Below are positions 36,537 through 45,750 of a stretch of DNA of 64,000 bases, piece after piece (position 1 is the stretch's first letter; every line of letters begins with the position of its first letter). The stretch covers positions 10,705 through 74,704 of the forward strand of contig JBAYMR010000006.1 of the NCBI GenBank assembly GCA_041663445.1, given 5' to 3'. The position numbers were made by a program, and so were the translations under genes. Origin of the DNA: Candidatus Micrarchaeia archaeon (GTDB lineage: Archaea; Micrarchaeota; Micrarchaeia; Anstonellales; Anstonellaceae). Below the pieces are notes generated by a model. The model searched no databases. It had not been told where the DNA came from and saw only the letters and a list, made by a program, of their open reading frames with translations.

Positions 36537-36663
36537 GAAAAAGAAAACGCGCGCAAAAAAAAAGAAGCAAATCAAAAAATCAAATAAGGGCAAAAAACCA
36601 AACAAACGGGAAAAAGATGAAAAAGAAAACAAAAAATAAGAAGAAAAAGAAAATAAAAAACAA
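36537..36663 (-). terminator. ~125-nt oligo-T / polypyrimidine tract (minus strand)
   Basis: The plus strand is almost pure purine (AAAAAGAAAACGCGCGCAAAAAAAAAGAAGCAAATCAAAAAATCAAATAAGGGCAAAAAACC...GAAAATAAAAAAC). Lies between the PspC-domain gene and the next minus-strand gene. Confidence 0.45.
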
Positions 36664-36685
36664 GACGGGCAACCCGGGCAACCGC

Positions 36686-36901
36686 CTACGGGTTCGGGTT
36701 CTCGGGTATCAAAAGCCACGCCACCAGGTAAATTATTATCCCGACAAAGCCCATGAAGAACAGCAGCACGAACAGCAGCCGCACGAGCACCGGGTCAATC
36801 TCGAAATATTCCGCAATGCCGCCGCACACGCCGCCAATCATCTTGCTCTTCCTTGAGCGGTAAACGCGCTTTATTCCATCCTTTGTTTCTTCCTTTGCCA
36901 T
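36686..36901 (-). CDS. PspC-domain membrane protein
   Basis: 71 aa from ATG 36901. RSRKSKMIGGVCGGIAEYFEIDPVLVRLLFVLL is the PspC signature. Confidence 0.75.
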   Translation of the reverse strand: MAKEETKDGIKRVYRSRKSKMIGGVCGGIAEYFEIDPVLVRLLFVLLFFMGFVGIIIYLVAWLLIPENPNP

Positions 36902-36974
36902 ATTTCCACCAAGCCTGAATTCGCGCGCACCATTAATAAAAGTAGCCTCAATCCGGCTCATCGAAATTTCAGGA

Positions 36975-37002
36975 TAAACAGAAACTTCGCCCCAGCCGAG
37001 AT
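36975..37002. repeat. Displaced copy of the tRNA-Arg 3' end plus its downstream flank
   Basis: TAAACAGAAA-ctt-CGCCCCAGCCGAGAT matches TAAACAGAAA-tagtg-CGCCCCAGCCGAGAT at 38503-38532 (3' acceptor strand plus T-stem of the tRNA). Confidence 0.7.
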
Positions 37003-37071
37003 ATGCCTGTAGCGGGGAACTTAGGGAGATTTACTTTGGTAAATACTCTGCTCGCAGACTTCTTCACATCA

Positions 37072-38349
37072 TTAGTCAATGTAATACGGAACCTCATAGT
37101 AAGGCGCCCATCCAGAGTCAAGATTGCCCCTCATTTCCACATAGTCATCAAGCGACTTGTCCAAAATGTTTGCATAGTCAATGTCTTTTTGGGCACTCAC
37201 ATTATCTCCAAGTCTGTATTCTGCAATGCCTTTTCTCCAATAATAGAGGGCAATTGTCTCATTCACGCCCCGCCCAAAAAAGGTGTTAGGCGCCCTTGCA
37301 TATATTGGGTCGAATTGCGAAGCATCCTGAACCTCGATGGCTTTTGTGAGGTATTTCAGAGCCTCGTTGTAATCCTTTAGTGCCAGCAAAGAAGCACCAA
37401 TATTGTGATAGGCGATTGCCTTATACTCGCCCCACTCAACACCCGTCTGATTCTCGTAGTCTGAATAAAGGTCAAGTGCTTTCTTGGCATACTCGATAGC
37501 GCCCGTGTGATTGTGAAGCATTGCCATATTCAGCCCCATAGTAATCCATCTGTTGGGGTCGTATGGTCTTTCAGAATTTGCTATTTCGCAATCTGGCATC
37601 GCGGTGAGATATTCCTTTGAAAAGCTTATTGAATTTCTTCGCCAAGTCTTAACCTGGCATCGAACGAAATAGTTGAAAGTATCATTCGGTGCAAGGCTTA
37701 TCGCATAGTTTGTGTCTGCAATCCCGCCCTGATGGTCTACAAGGTCTGCCTTTTTCCATGCCCGATATGAATAGTAGTTGGATTCGTTTGGATCTAGGGC
37801 TATCGCAGTGTCGCAGTCCCTGATTGCTTTGCTTGAAGAGTAATGATTAACACAGCGAGAAGCATAAGCTTCGCTGTTATTACCAAATCTTACGATAACC
37901 GCATCAGCTTCATCAAATGCCACGGAGAAATTCCCAAGGTTATTGTAAATGGATGAGCGAAGAAGGTATGCGTCCGTGTAATTTGGATTCAGTGCGATGG
38001 CTTTGTTTACATTGACGAGAGCACCCAATGTCGCATTGTAGAAATCACGGGTTTTGTAGATGGCGTAATTAGAATCATTTGCAAGCTTGAAGTATTCTTC
38101 CGCAGTTAAATCATGTTTATCAAACGTAGTATTTTTGGGCGTTTCAAGCATCGAGGTGTTGTTGGCAGTGATTGGAACCTCTATAGGTTTCGGCTCAACT
38201 GTTTGAGGAGTAGACGACGTTGGAGTCTGCACAGACTGTTGCACTTGTGGAGTGGGAACATTTGCAGGCTGATTATTTGATGTGGTGCCTGCGCAACCAG
38301 CAAGAAGCAGACTGAAAGCGAGAACAGCTATCACCAAAACAAAGCGCAC
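37072..38349 (-). CDS. TPR-repeat lipoprotein
   Basis: 425 aa. Signal plus lipobox LLLAGC, a Thr/Pro/Gln-rich linker, then repeated A..Y...A..A..ALDP/LNPN TPR-like units. DNA is about 40-50% GC, lower than its neighbours. Confidence 0.7.
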   Translation of the reverse strand: MRFVLVIAVLAFSLLLAGCAGTTSNNQPANVPTPQVQQSVQTPTSSTPQTVEPKPIEVPITANNTSMLETPKNTTFDKHDLTAEEYFKLANDSNYAIYKTRDFYNATLGALVNVNKAIALNPNYTDAYLLRSSIYNNLGNFSVAFDEADAVIVRFGNNSEAYASRCVNHYSSSKAIRDCDTAIALDPNESNYYSYRAWKKADLVDHQGGIADTNYAISLAPNDTFNYFVRCQVKTWRRNSISFSKEYLTAMPDCEIANSERPYDPNRWITMGLNMAMLHNHTGAIEYAKKALDLYSDYENQTGVEWGEYKAIAYHNIGASLLALKDYNEALKYLTKAIEVQDASQFDPIYARAPNTFFGRGVNETIALYYWRKGIAEYRLGDNVSAQKDIDYANILDKSLDDYVEMRGNLDSGWAPYYEVPYYID

Positions 38350-38517
38350 CCAACCACCGATGTAATCTGCCTAACAAGAAGTATAAACATTGCTCTGGCA
38401 AACTGCACGTAAGAAAAGAAAAAAACGAGTTCGAAGCCCTAACAGAGCTTTTAACTTCGGTGAGCACCCAAAGTGGAACTCACTATTTCCAATTCTACGA
38501 CGTAAACAGAAATAGTG

Positions 38518-38589
38518 CGCCCCAGCCGAGATTCGAACTCGGATCAAAGGCTTCGGAGGCCCTCATTCTATCCATTGAACTACCGGGGC
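38518..38589 (-). tRNA. tRNA-Arg (anticodon CCG)
   Basis: Hand-folded cloverleaf. Acceptor GCCCCGG/CTGGGGC (one G-U), D arm GTTC-AATGGATA-GAAT, anticodon arm AGGGC-CTCCGAA-GCCTT, 4-nt variable loop, T arm CCGAG-TTCGAAT-CTCGG, discriminator G. CCA is not encoded. Confidence 0.85.
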
Positions 38590-38786
38590 AGAATTGATTC
38601 AGATTTGAAGGCAACGAATTTAAGGAAGACTGCTTCTGCGGAGCGAGGCCCTCATTCTCGCCGCGAGCGAAGCGAGGGGCGAATTTTCGTGCGCAGCACG
38701 AAATCTTATCCATTGAACTACCGGGGCAGACGAAAATGTAATTTGAAGAGAATGAATTTAAGGAAGACGGCTTCGGATGCCGCGCT
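38590..38786 (-). repeat. 138-bp-period tandem repeat of tRNA promoter plus tRNA 5' half (one full and one partial extra unit)
   Basis: A second GCCCCGGTAGTTCAATGGATA starts at 38727. GAATTTAAGGAAGAC occurs at 38616-38630 and 38754-38768. Anticodon-loop-like GGCATCCGAAGCC (minus strand) is at 38769-38781. Confidence 0.8.
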
Positions 38787-40811
38787 TCACTTTCTCTTCT
38801 TGAAGTGCAGCATGCCCGCAACCTTTTTTATGAGCGCGCGCTTTTTCGGGGAATCCACGAGCGCGTACTGCAGCACTTCCACAAAGTTGTCCACGGGCAC
38901 AATCCTGATTTTCCCGCGCAGGCCGTTGGAAAGGTATATGTCGTCCGCGTTGCTGCGCGGCACCACGACTGCCTTCATGCCTGCCTCGATTGCGGCCTCG
39001 GTCTTGCCCGTGACGCCGCCGACGGGCAGCACCTCGCCGCGCACCGAGAGCGAGCCGGTCATGGCAATGTCCTGCCTGACGGCCACGTTCTCCATCGCGG
39101 AAATGATTGCAACCGCTATTGAGACGGATGCCGAGTCCCCTTCCACCCCTTCATAGGTCTGCAGGAACTGCACATGCATGTCGTATTGCGAAACGTCCTT
39201 GCCGATGTGCTTCTTTATTATGGCGGAAACGTTCTCCACCGCCTCCTTGGCAATCTCGCCAAGCTTTCCGGTGGCAATCAGCTTCCCTTCCGCCTTGGAC
39301 GACGCAGGCGTCACCTCGGCGACAATGGGCATAATCAACCCCGCCGAAGAGTCGCCGAGCACGGCAAGGCCGTTCACCTTGCCCACGCTGCTCCCCTCGG
39401 TTGCAAACACCGGGTAATCCTTCCTGCTTTCCACGAAGCGGCGGCTCACCTGCTGCTCTATCGTCTGCGCCAGCCCGCGCGCCTTCATCACGTGCTTTGC
39501 ATCAACAAGCTTCGCGCCTTCCTCGTTTGCAATGTCGCCGGCGGCCCTCACCAGCCCGCCAAGCTCGCGCAGGTTCAAGGAAAGCCTCTTCTTCCTGCCT
39601 GCCTTCCTCCGCGCCTCGTCCACGATTTCCTGGACGGCTGCATAGGTGAAGTGCGGGATTTTCCTGTCCTTTTTCACTTCCTGCGCCACGAACTGGATGT
39701 ACCTGTCCTCGTTTTCAGGCGTGTCTGGCATGTTGTCCTGCACGAAAATCTCATAGCCGTTGCCCCTGATTCTCGAGCGCAAAGCCGGGTGCATCCCCTG
39801 CATGTCGGTGTAATTCCCCGCGGCCACCAATACAAAGTCGCATGGCACTGGCTCTGTCTTCACAATCGCGCCCGAGGAGTTCTCGCTTTGGCCAGTTATG
39901 GAATATTTCTTCTCCTGCATCGCGGTCAAAAGCTCCTGCTGGCTCCTGATTTTCAGCGATGCGACCTCGTCAATGAAAAGCACTCCCTTGTTCGCGCGGT
40001 GTATTGCGCCGCTCTCGACGCGCACGTGCGCAGGCGTGCCCAGCCCGCCAGACTGCAGCGGGTCGTGCTTCACGTCGCCCAACAGCGCCCCCGCCCTCGT
40101 GCCTGTGGCGTCCACGAACGGCGCGTTCTTCCTTCCCGAGTTGTCAACGATGAGCTTGGGGTCGTTGTAGTCGAACGCGCCCATCTTCCTGCCGAACGTG
40201 TTGGTGAACCTGTACAGCAGGTACATCAGGCCGATTGCCACGAGCACCGCGAGCACGAACCACTTGTTGTCGTTGTTCAGCGAGCCTGTCGCATAGAAGA
40301 AAATTATCGCCGCCACCATGATGAAAAGGAACATCGTGCCGCCGTTCCCGCCGCGCGACTGCGCCGCGTTCTCGCGGTTCCTCATCGCCTGCTGGAGCAT
40401 CCTTCCCTGCCCTATCTCCTCTTCCTCCCGCTCCTTCTTTGCCTTTTTCTCGCCGGAAAACTTGGCTATCGCCTGCCTCATCTGGCGGAACGAGGTGTAC
40501 ATCTGGAAAAGCCCGGGGTCCTTCTTTATCTCGTCCTCGCTCGGGTAGGTCAGCACCGTTTTCACGAGCGGGCGGTTCTCGTCGTTCGGGTTCGGATAGA
40601 CCAGGATGTCCTCAAGCGCGGTGGCGGGCATGAGCTCCGCCATTGCCTGCGCAAGCATGGACTTGCCGGTGCCGGGCGTGCCAATCATGAGCACGTTCCT
40701 CTTCTGCACCGCGGCTTTCTTGACGAGCTTTACCGCCTCGTCCTGCCCAAGCACCTGGTCAATCAGCTTGGCCGGGATGGGAATCTCTTCAGTGGTTGTA
40801 AATTTGCGCAT
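38787..40811 (-). CDS. lon: Archaeal membrane-bound Lon protease (LonB)
   Basis: 674 aa. Walker A GTPGTGKS, two TM helices inserted in the AAA module ([14 protein letters not shown]..., [17 protein letters not shown]), and a C-terminal protease domain with GDSASVS. Confidence 0.95.
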   Translation of the reverse strand: MRKFTTTEEIPIPAKLIDQVLGQDEAVKLVKKAAVQKRNVLMIGTPGTGKSMLAQAMAELMPATALEDILVYPNPNDENRPLVKTVLTYPSEDEIKKDPGLFQMYTSFRQMRQAIAKFSGEKKAKKEREEEEIGQGRMLQQAMRNRENAAQSRGGNGGTMFLFIMVAAIIFFYATGSLNNDNKWFVLAVLVAIGLMYLLYRFTNTFGRKMGAFDYNDPKLIVDNSGRKNAPFVDATGTRAGALLGDVKHDPLQSGGLGTPAHVRVESGAIHRANKGVLFIDEVASLKIRSQQELLTAMQEKKYSITGQSENSSGAIVKTEPVPCDFVLVAAGNYTDMQGMHPALRSRIRGNGYEIFVQDNMPDTPENEDRYIQFVAQEVKKDRKIPHFTYAAVQEIVDEARRKAGRKKRLSLNLRELGGLVRAAGDIANEEGAKLVDAKHVMKARGLAQTIEQQVSRRFVESRKDYPVFATEGSSVGKVNGLAVLGDSSAGLIMPIVAEVTPASSKAEGKLIATGKLGEIAKEAVENVSAIIKKHIGKDVSQYDMHVQFLQTYEGVEGDSASVSIAVAIISAMENVAVRQDIAMTGSLSVRGEVLPVGGVTGKTEAAIEAGMKAVVVPRSNADDIYLSNGLRGKIRIVPVDNFVEVLQYALVDSPKKRALIKKVAGMLHFKKRK

Positions 40812-40845
40812 GTTTTCACCCTGCCTCTACCTTGCGTCCCTGCCT

Positions 40846-40905
40846 TTCATTGCCAGTTGGGCGATGCCCCGCCGCTTGCGGCTGGGCGCCTTCGGTCGAA
40901 TTCAT
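40846..40905. repeat. Structured intergenic repeat, copy B
   Basis: TTCAT-TGCCAGTTGGGCGAT-gcccCGCCGCTTGCGGCTGG-GCGCCTTCGGTC-GAATTCAT. Confidence 0.75.
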
Positions 40906-40910
40906 TGCAG

Positions 40911-41471
40911 CTACTGCCCCTTTCCCACGATGGCAGCCGCCTCAAGCTTCAAAAGCGTAATCTTGCCGCCGATGTATGCTGTGAACTTTTCCTTTGCATC
41001 GTCACAGCCGCTTATGCCCTGGCAGTTTTTCACATTGCTCCAAAGCCCCATAATCGCGCTGTCGTTGAGCGATGATGCCTGCGTGTCTATCTTCTTGAGC
41101 CGCAGCGTGTTCGGCACCTTCCCGGGCCCGAACGCCTCCAGGTAATATTTCATGGTAATATTATATTGTTCCGCAAGGGCCATCTTCGCCCTGGCAGAAT
41201 CGAGCACCGCCTTTTCCTCGCGCAGCTCCCCGTTCTCCTGCTCCCTCACGGTCAAAAGCTCCTCCAGCGACTGCTTCTCCTCCGTGCAGGCGGAGAGCCT
41301 TGAATTCGCCGCGCCGGTTTTTGCCATCTCCCCCGCAAGCGAGGATGCGGCATCCGCCTTCGCCTTTTCGCACGAGGCTGAAAGCGCGTCGTACTTCTCC
41401 TGCGGCACGCCGTTTCCAGTGCAGCCGAAAAGCAGCACTGCCAATGCTATAAGGGCAAATATCTTCCGCAT
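40911..41471 (-). CDS. Putative lipoprotein with a coiled-coil segment
   Basis: 186 aa from ATG 41471. MRKIFALIALAVLLFGC lipobox, with a heptad-like central region. Confidence 0.5.
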   Translation of the reverse strand: MRKIFALIALAVLLFGCTGNGVPQEKYDALSASCEKAKADAASSLAGEMAKTGAANSRLSACTEEKQSLEELLTVREQENGELREEKAVLDSARAKMALAEQYNITMKYYLEAFGPGKVPNTLRLKKIDTQASSLNDSAIMGLWSNVKNCQGISGCDDAKEKFTAYIGGKITLLKLEAAAIVGKGQ

Positions 41472-41528
41472 GTGTGGCATTTCAGCCATGCTATTTTTAT
41501 ACCTAGCTTCGCCGCGCTTGCGTGGCTG

Positions 41529-41598
41529 TGTTAACATATGCCTGACAGTGTTAACATCATGTTAACATTTATTAATCTATGTTAATACATTGTTAACA
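41529..41598. promoter_or_regulatory. Five phased TGTTAACA boxes (candidate operator array) overlapping a TATA-like box
   Basis: TGTTAACA at 41529, 41549, 41560 and 41591, and TGTTAATA at 41580. Spacing is 20/11/20/11 bp. TTTATTAAT lies at about 41568-41576. The regulator ATG is at 41614. Confidence 0.65.
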
Positions 41599-41613
41599 GT
41601 TCTATTGGTGGTA

Positions 41614-42057
41614 ATGATGAAAAAACCGAAAACCGAGCTTGTAATGTCGGGCAAGGAAGCCGGCCCTGACGCCGAGCTTGTCGGGCTTTGCAGGAAAATG
41701 CGCCTGATGTCCGAGCGCGACACCGACGCCACGCTTCCCCAGGTGCTGCGCGTCATGATGGTGCACTCGCGCGGCCAGCCTGTCGGCGGAAGCGAGCTTT
41801 CCGAGCTGTCCGGCATCAACCGCATCACTATAATACATCATATGAAGCGCCTTGAGGGCGCTGGGTTCGTGAAGCGCGAGGAAGGCAAGTATGTGCTGCG
41901 CGTGCGCTCGGCCGAGGACATGCTGCTGGAATTCCGCAAGGACATGGAGCGCAACTTCGCCGAAATGGACGAGATGGCACGCGAGTTCGACGAGCAGTTC
42001 GCGCAGATGGAGCAGGCATTCAACGAGCAGTTCAAGAAGCGCAGACGGCTTCCCTAG
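41614..42057 (+). CDS. Winged-helix (ArsR/MarR-like) transcriptional regulator heading the grpE-dnaK-dnaJ operon
   Basis: 147 aa from ATG 41614 (GGTGGT SD). GGSELSELSGINRITIIHHMKRLEGAGFVKREEGKYVL is an HTH plus wing. Acidic helical tail. Confidence 0.65.
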   Translation: MMKKPKTELVMSGKEAGPDAELVGLCRKMRLMSERDTDATLPQVLRVMMVHSRGQPVGGSELSELSGINRITIIHHMKRLEGAGFVKREEGKYVLRVRSAEDMLLEFRKDMERNFAEMDEMAREFDEQFAQMEQAFNEQFKKRRRLP

Positions 42058-42068
42058 ACGTGGTTTTT

Positions 42069-42776
42069 ATGGAAAAAGACAAACCCGCCCCCATTGAACA
42101 GGCTGCAAAAGCAGCGGAGAAAAATCGCGTTGCTGCGCAAGCGCCCGCCGGCAAGGGCGTTCCTGCGGCAAAGCCGGATGAAGAAAAGCACGGCTTTCCC
42201 GGGGAAAGCGCCCAGAACGAAATTGAGCAGGCATTTGCCTCCCTTTCGGACAGGCTGCTCCGCTTAGGCGCGGAATTTGACAATTACAAGAAGAGGACGG
42301 CAAAGGAAAAGGAAGCCATCGCGCTGCAGTCCGAGGCGCGCGCGGTGCTCCGCATGCTTCCCATTTACGAGGAAATCGGGCTTGCAGGGAAGGAAGTCGC
42401 GCGCCTGCCTGAAAGCGAGGCGAAGAAGGGCACGCTATTGGTGCTTGCCAAGCTCCGCAAGGCATTCGAGGGCGACGGGCTGCTGCCCATGAAGCTTGAG
42501 GGCGAGAAGCTCGACCCGTTCAGGCACGAAGTCGCGTTCCGCGAGGAAAGCGATGCCCCCGAGGGCACCATCGTGCACGTGGTGAAGCAGGGGTACCTAT
42601 ACAAGGGCGAGGTGCTCCAGCACGCAATCGTGTCTGTTTCATCAGGGAAGAAAACAGTGGAAGAAGAAGCAAACGGCGGGGGCAAGCCGGCGGAAAAGCC
42701 CGAAGCAAGGCAGGGCGGCGGGAAAGCCGGAAAGGCGGCAGAAAGCAAGGGCAACGCGGGGAACAACGAGGTGTGA
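42069..42776 (+). CDS. grpE: Nucleotide exchange factor GrpE
   Basis: 235 aa. RLGAEFDNYKKRTAKEKE and the C-terminal beta domain GTIVHVVKQGYLYKGEVLQHAIV. Confidence 0.9.
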   Translation: MEKDKPAPIEQAAKAAEKNRVAAQAPAGKGVPAAKPDEEKHGFPGESAQNEIEQAFASLSDRLLRLGAEFDNYKKRTAKEKEAIALQSEARAVLRMLPIYEEIGLAGKEVARLPESEAKKGTLLVLAKLRKAFEGDGLLPMKLEGEKLDPFRHEVAFREESDAPEGTIVHVVKQGYLYKGEVLQHAIVSVSSGKKTVEEEANGGGKPAEKPEARQGGGKAGKAAESKGNAGNNEV

Positions 42777-42778
42777 AT

Positions 42779-43114
42779 ATGAACGGCTACGCAATAGTGA
42801 AGCTCGAGGCGAACAGTGATGCAGTCTCGGACAACGTGCTCCAGGACTTCAGCCAATACATGAACACGCGCACGCACGCGCCGTCGTTCGTGACGGAGCG
42901 CGACGGGTATTTCCGCGTGGAATACAACGAGCAGGTGGCTGCAAGCTCGGCTGCAATCGAGGCATTCGGCAATTTCCTCGTTTCGTCCGGCTACTGGATA
43001 AACGGGATGGCAAACGCAAAATCGGCTGAGGGCGGCGAAGGCACCGAAGTGCGCTTTTCGCGCGGGACCGGGAAAGAAGCAAGCGTGGTGCTTTCCACGC
43101 TCAACGTATATTGA
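42779..43114 (+). CDS. Hypothetical protein inserted between grpE and dnaK
   Basis: 111 aa. The ATG lies 3 nt after the grpE stop. No recognisable motif. Confidence 0.45.
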   Translation: MNGYAIVKLEANSDAVSDNVLQDFSQYMNTRTHAPSFVTERDGYFRVEYNEQVAASSAAIEAFGNFLVSSGYWINGMANAKSAEGGEGTEVRFSRGTGKEASVVLSTLNVY

Positions 43115-43217
43115 TTGGTGGAAAGGCATCGGCGGCTGAAGCAAGCGGCCTGATGATTGGGGCGGATGGACTGGCAATCGAGAAACGGACGGACTGGCAA
43201 TTGAAAAGGTGAAATAT

Positions 43218-45104
43218 ATGGCAAAAATTATCGGAATTGACCTGGGTACAAGCAACTCTGCGGCGGCAGTGATGGAAGGGGGCCGCGCGGTGATACTCCC
43301 TTCGGCTGAGGGCGCCACGCAGTACGGCAAGGCATTCCCCTCATACGTGGCATTCACTAAAGAGGGGCTGAAGCTGGTGGGCGAGCCTGCGCGCAGGCAG
43401 GCCATCGCCAACACGGAAGGCACGTTCTCGGCATTCAAGCGCAAAATGGGCACCGACTTCCGCTTCAAGGCGTTCGGCAAGGAATACCGCCCGCAGGAGC
43501 TTTCCGCATTCCTTCTCCAGAAAATAAAGCAGGACGCGGAAATGTTCCTCGGCGACAAGGTGGAAAAGGCGGTGATAACCGTGCCTGCCTACTTTGACGA
43601 CAACCAGCGCCAGGCGACAAAGGACGCCGGCGCAATCGCAGGGCTTGAAGTGGTGAGAATCATCAACGAGCCGACGGCGGCAGCGCTGGCATACGGGCTT
43701 GACAAGGCCGGCAAGGACCAGAAGATTGTGGTCTTTGACCTTGGAGGCGGCACGCTCGATGTCACGGTGATGGACTTCGGCAAGGGCGTTTTCGAGGTGA
43801 AAAGCACAAGCGGCGACACCGCGCTCGGCGGCACCGACATGGACAGCGCAATAGTGGACCATCTCGCAGGGGTTTTCCTGCGCGAAACCGGCCTTGACGT
43901 GCAGTCCGACAGGCAGGCGATGCAGAGGCTCCGCGATGCAGGCGAAAAGGCGAAGATAGAGCTTTCCACGCTGCTTGAAAGCGACATCAACCTGCCTTTC
44001 CTCTCTGCGGACAAATCCGGCCCAAAGCATTTCGCATACAAGCTCACGCGCGCAAAGCTCGAGGAGATAGTGGAGCCGATAGTGAACCGCTGCAAGGTGC
44101 CTGTGCAGCGCGCATTGTCCGACGCAAAGCTCTCTCCCTCGCAGATTGACAAGCTGATAATGGTGGGCGGGCCGACCCGCATGCCAATCGTGCAGCGTTT
44201 CATAGAAGGCATCTTCGGGAAGAAGGTGGAGCGCGGCGTGGACCCGATGGAATGCGTGGCAATGGGCGCATCCATCCAGGCGGGCGTCATCTCGGGCGAT
44301 GTGAAGGACATCCTCCTGCTCGACGTTACGCCGCTCTCGCTGGGCATCGAGACGATGGGCGGGGTCTTCACCAAGCTGATTGACAGGAACACCACCATCC
44401 CGACCAAGAAGTCGCAGATATTTTCGACAGCGGCAGACTCGCAGACATCCGTCGAGGTGCACGTGCTGCAGGGCGAGCGCGCAATGGCGCGCGACAACGT
44501 TGAGCTCGGGAAGTTCCAGCTCATGGGCATCCCGCCCGCGCCGCGCGGCATCCCGCAGATTGAAGTGTCGTTCGACATTGACGCCAACGGCATAATACAC
44601 GTGGGCGCCAAGGACATGGGGACGGGCAAGGAGCAGAAGATGCAAATCGTCTCCCCGCACAAGATGGACAAATCCGAAATCGAGAAGAAAATGCGCGAGG
44701 CGGAGGAATTTGCGGAAACCGACAAGCGCGCAAAGGAGGAGGCCGAGCTGAAGAACGAGGCGGAGTCATTGGTCTACACAAGCGAGAAGACGATTGCCGA
44801 CCTTGGCGACAAGCTGGACAAGGCGCTTGCGGACAAGGTGCGCGAGGCCGCAAAGGAAGTGAAGGACACCCTTCCCAAGAACGACATGGCCGCGCTCAGG
44901 GCATCGGTTGACAAGCTGAAAAAAGTCCTCCAGGACGCGGGCGCCTCGCTCTACAAGGGGCAGGGCGCAGGCGGCCCCGGGACGGGCGGGGCAGGCGCGC
45001 CGGGCGATGACGGGCCGACAGGCTACGGGCCGCAGGGCGGCTCGGGCCCCGGCAGCCAGGGCGGGGATGGGAACGTTTATGATGCTGACTTCAAGAAAGT
45101 GTAG
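43218..45104 (+). CDS. dnaK: Chaperone DnaK (Hsp70)
   Basis: [22 protein letters not shown], and a Gly-rich C-terminal tail. Confidence 0.97.
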   Translation: MAKIIGIDLGTSNSAAAVMEGGRAVILPSAEGATQYGKAFPSYVAFTKEGLKLVGEPARRQAIANTEGTFSAFKRKMGTDFRFKAFGKEYRPQELSAFLLQKIKQDAEMFLGDKVEKAVITVPAYFDDNQRQATKDAGAIAGLEVVRIINEPTAAALAYGLDKAGKDQKIVVFDLGGGTLDVTVMDFGKGVFEVKSTSGDTALGGTDMDSAIVDHLAGVFLRETGLDVQSDRQAMQRLRDAGEKAKIELSTLLESDINLPFLSADKSGPKHFAYKLTRAKLEEIVEPIVNRCKVPVQRALSDAKLSPSQIDKLIMVGGPTRMPIVQRFIEGIFGKKVERGVDPMECVAMGASIQAGVISGDVKDILLLDVTPLSLGIETMGGVFTKLIDRNTTIPTKKSQIFSTAADSQTSVEVHVLQGERAMARDNVELGKFQLMGIPPAPRGIPQIEVSFDIDANGIIHVGAKDMGTGKEQKMQIVSPHKMDKSEIEKKMREAEEFAETDKRAKEEAELKNEAESLVYTSEKTIADLGDKLDKALADKVREAAKEVKDTLPKNDMAALRASVDKLKKVLQDAGASLYKGQGAGGPGTGGAGAPGDDGPTGYGPQGGSGPGSQGGDGNVYDADFKKV

Positions 45105-45165
45105 TTGCTTTCTTGGAAGCCGAGCCGATTCCTGCTCAAGATAAGGAAGTGTAAAGGTTGATTCC

Positions 45166-45723
45166 ATGAACCAAAGCCAAAAACTGTTCCTCGCCTGCGG
45201 CATAATGGGCGCGCTGGTGGGCGTGATGACGTTTGCAGCAGCCTCGGCATTCATCCCCAAAAGCAACGCGGACGTTTACCGGGATTTCTACGCAACCGAA
45301 ACCGCCGTAAGCGTGAGCCCGTCCGATTACCTTTTCGAGCTCCGCGCAGGCAGGCAGCAGGGCCTGCTGGTTGACCTCCGCACGCCGCAGGAATACGCGA
45401 ACGGGCATCTTGTCACGGCAATAAACATCCCTGCCGGGCAAATGAACGAAACCGAAATCGTGGCTGCATTTTCCCGCCTTCCCAGGAACACGGTGGCAAT
45501 CAACTACTGCTACAGCAGCTACTGCATGCTCTCGCGCAAAGTTGGCAAGGCGCTTGCCGACAACGGGATTTATGCAAAGCACCTGACGGCGGGCTGGCTT
45601 GAAATCGCGCGCGATTACCAAAGCTACGTGGTGAACGGCACTGCGGCGGGCGCGCTTGGGGCAAACCAGGCAATCAACCCGCTGGTGTGCGACCCGGCGC
45701 AGAGCGGCGAGTTCGGGTGCTGA
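45166..45723 (+). CDS. Membrane-anchored rhodanese-domain protein inserted between dnaK and dnaJ
   Basis: 185 aa. N-terminal TM helix. LVDLRTPQEYANGHLVTAINIP and the active-site-loop region INYCYSSYCMLSRK. Confidence 0.7.
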   Translation: MNQSQKLFLACGIMGALVGVMTFAAASAFIPKSNADVYRDFYATETAVSVSPSDYLFELRAGRQQGLLVDLRTPQEYANGHLVTAINIPAGQMNETEIVAAFSRLPRNTVAINYCYSSYCMLSRKVGKALADNGIYAKHLTAGWLEIARDYQSYVVNGTAAGALGANQAINPLVCDPAQSGEFGC

Positions 45724-45750
45724 ACTCTATCCATCAAAAGAGGCAAGACC

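Noticed and set aside
36504-36719. N-terminal extension of ORF 35619-36719 (FLFSFSSYFLFSFSSFSRLFGFLPLFDFLICFFFFARVFFFG).
   Set aside because: It is produced by translating the polypyrimidine tract and overlaps the PspC-domain gene end. A proper ATG is at 36503.
38495-39156. ORFs 38495-38821 (-) and 38515-39156 (+) spanning the tRNA region.
   Set aside because: They translate the tRNA-Arg gene, its repeat units and the antisense of lon. They are not protein-coding.
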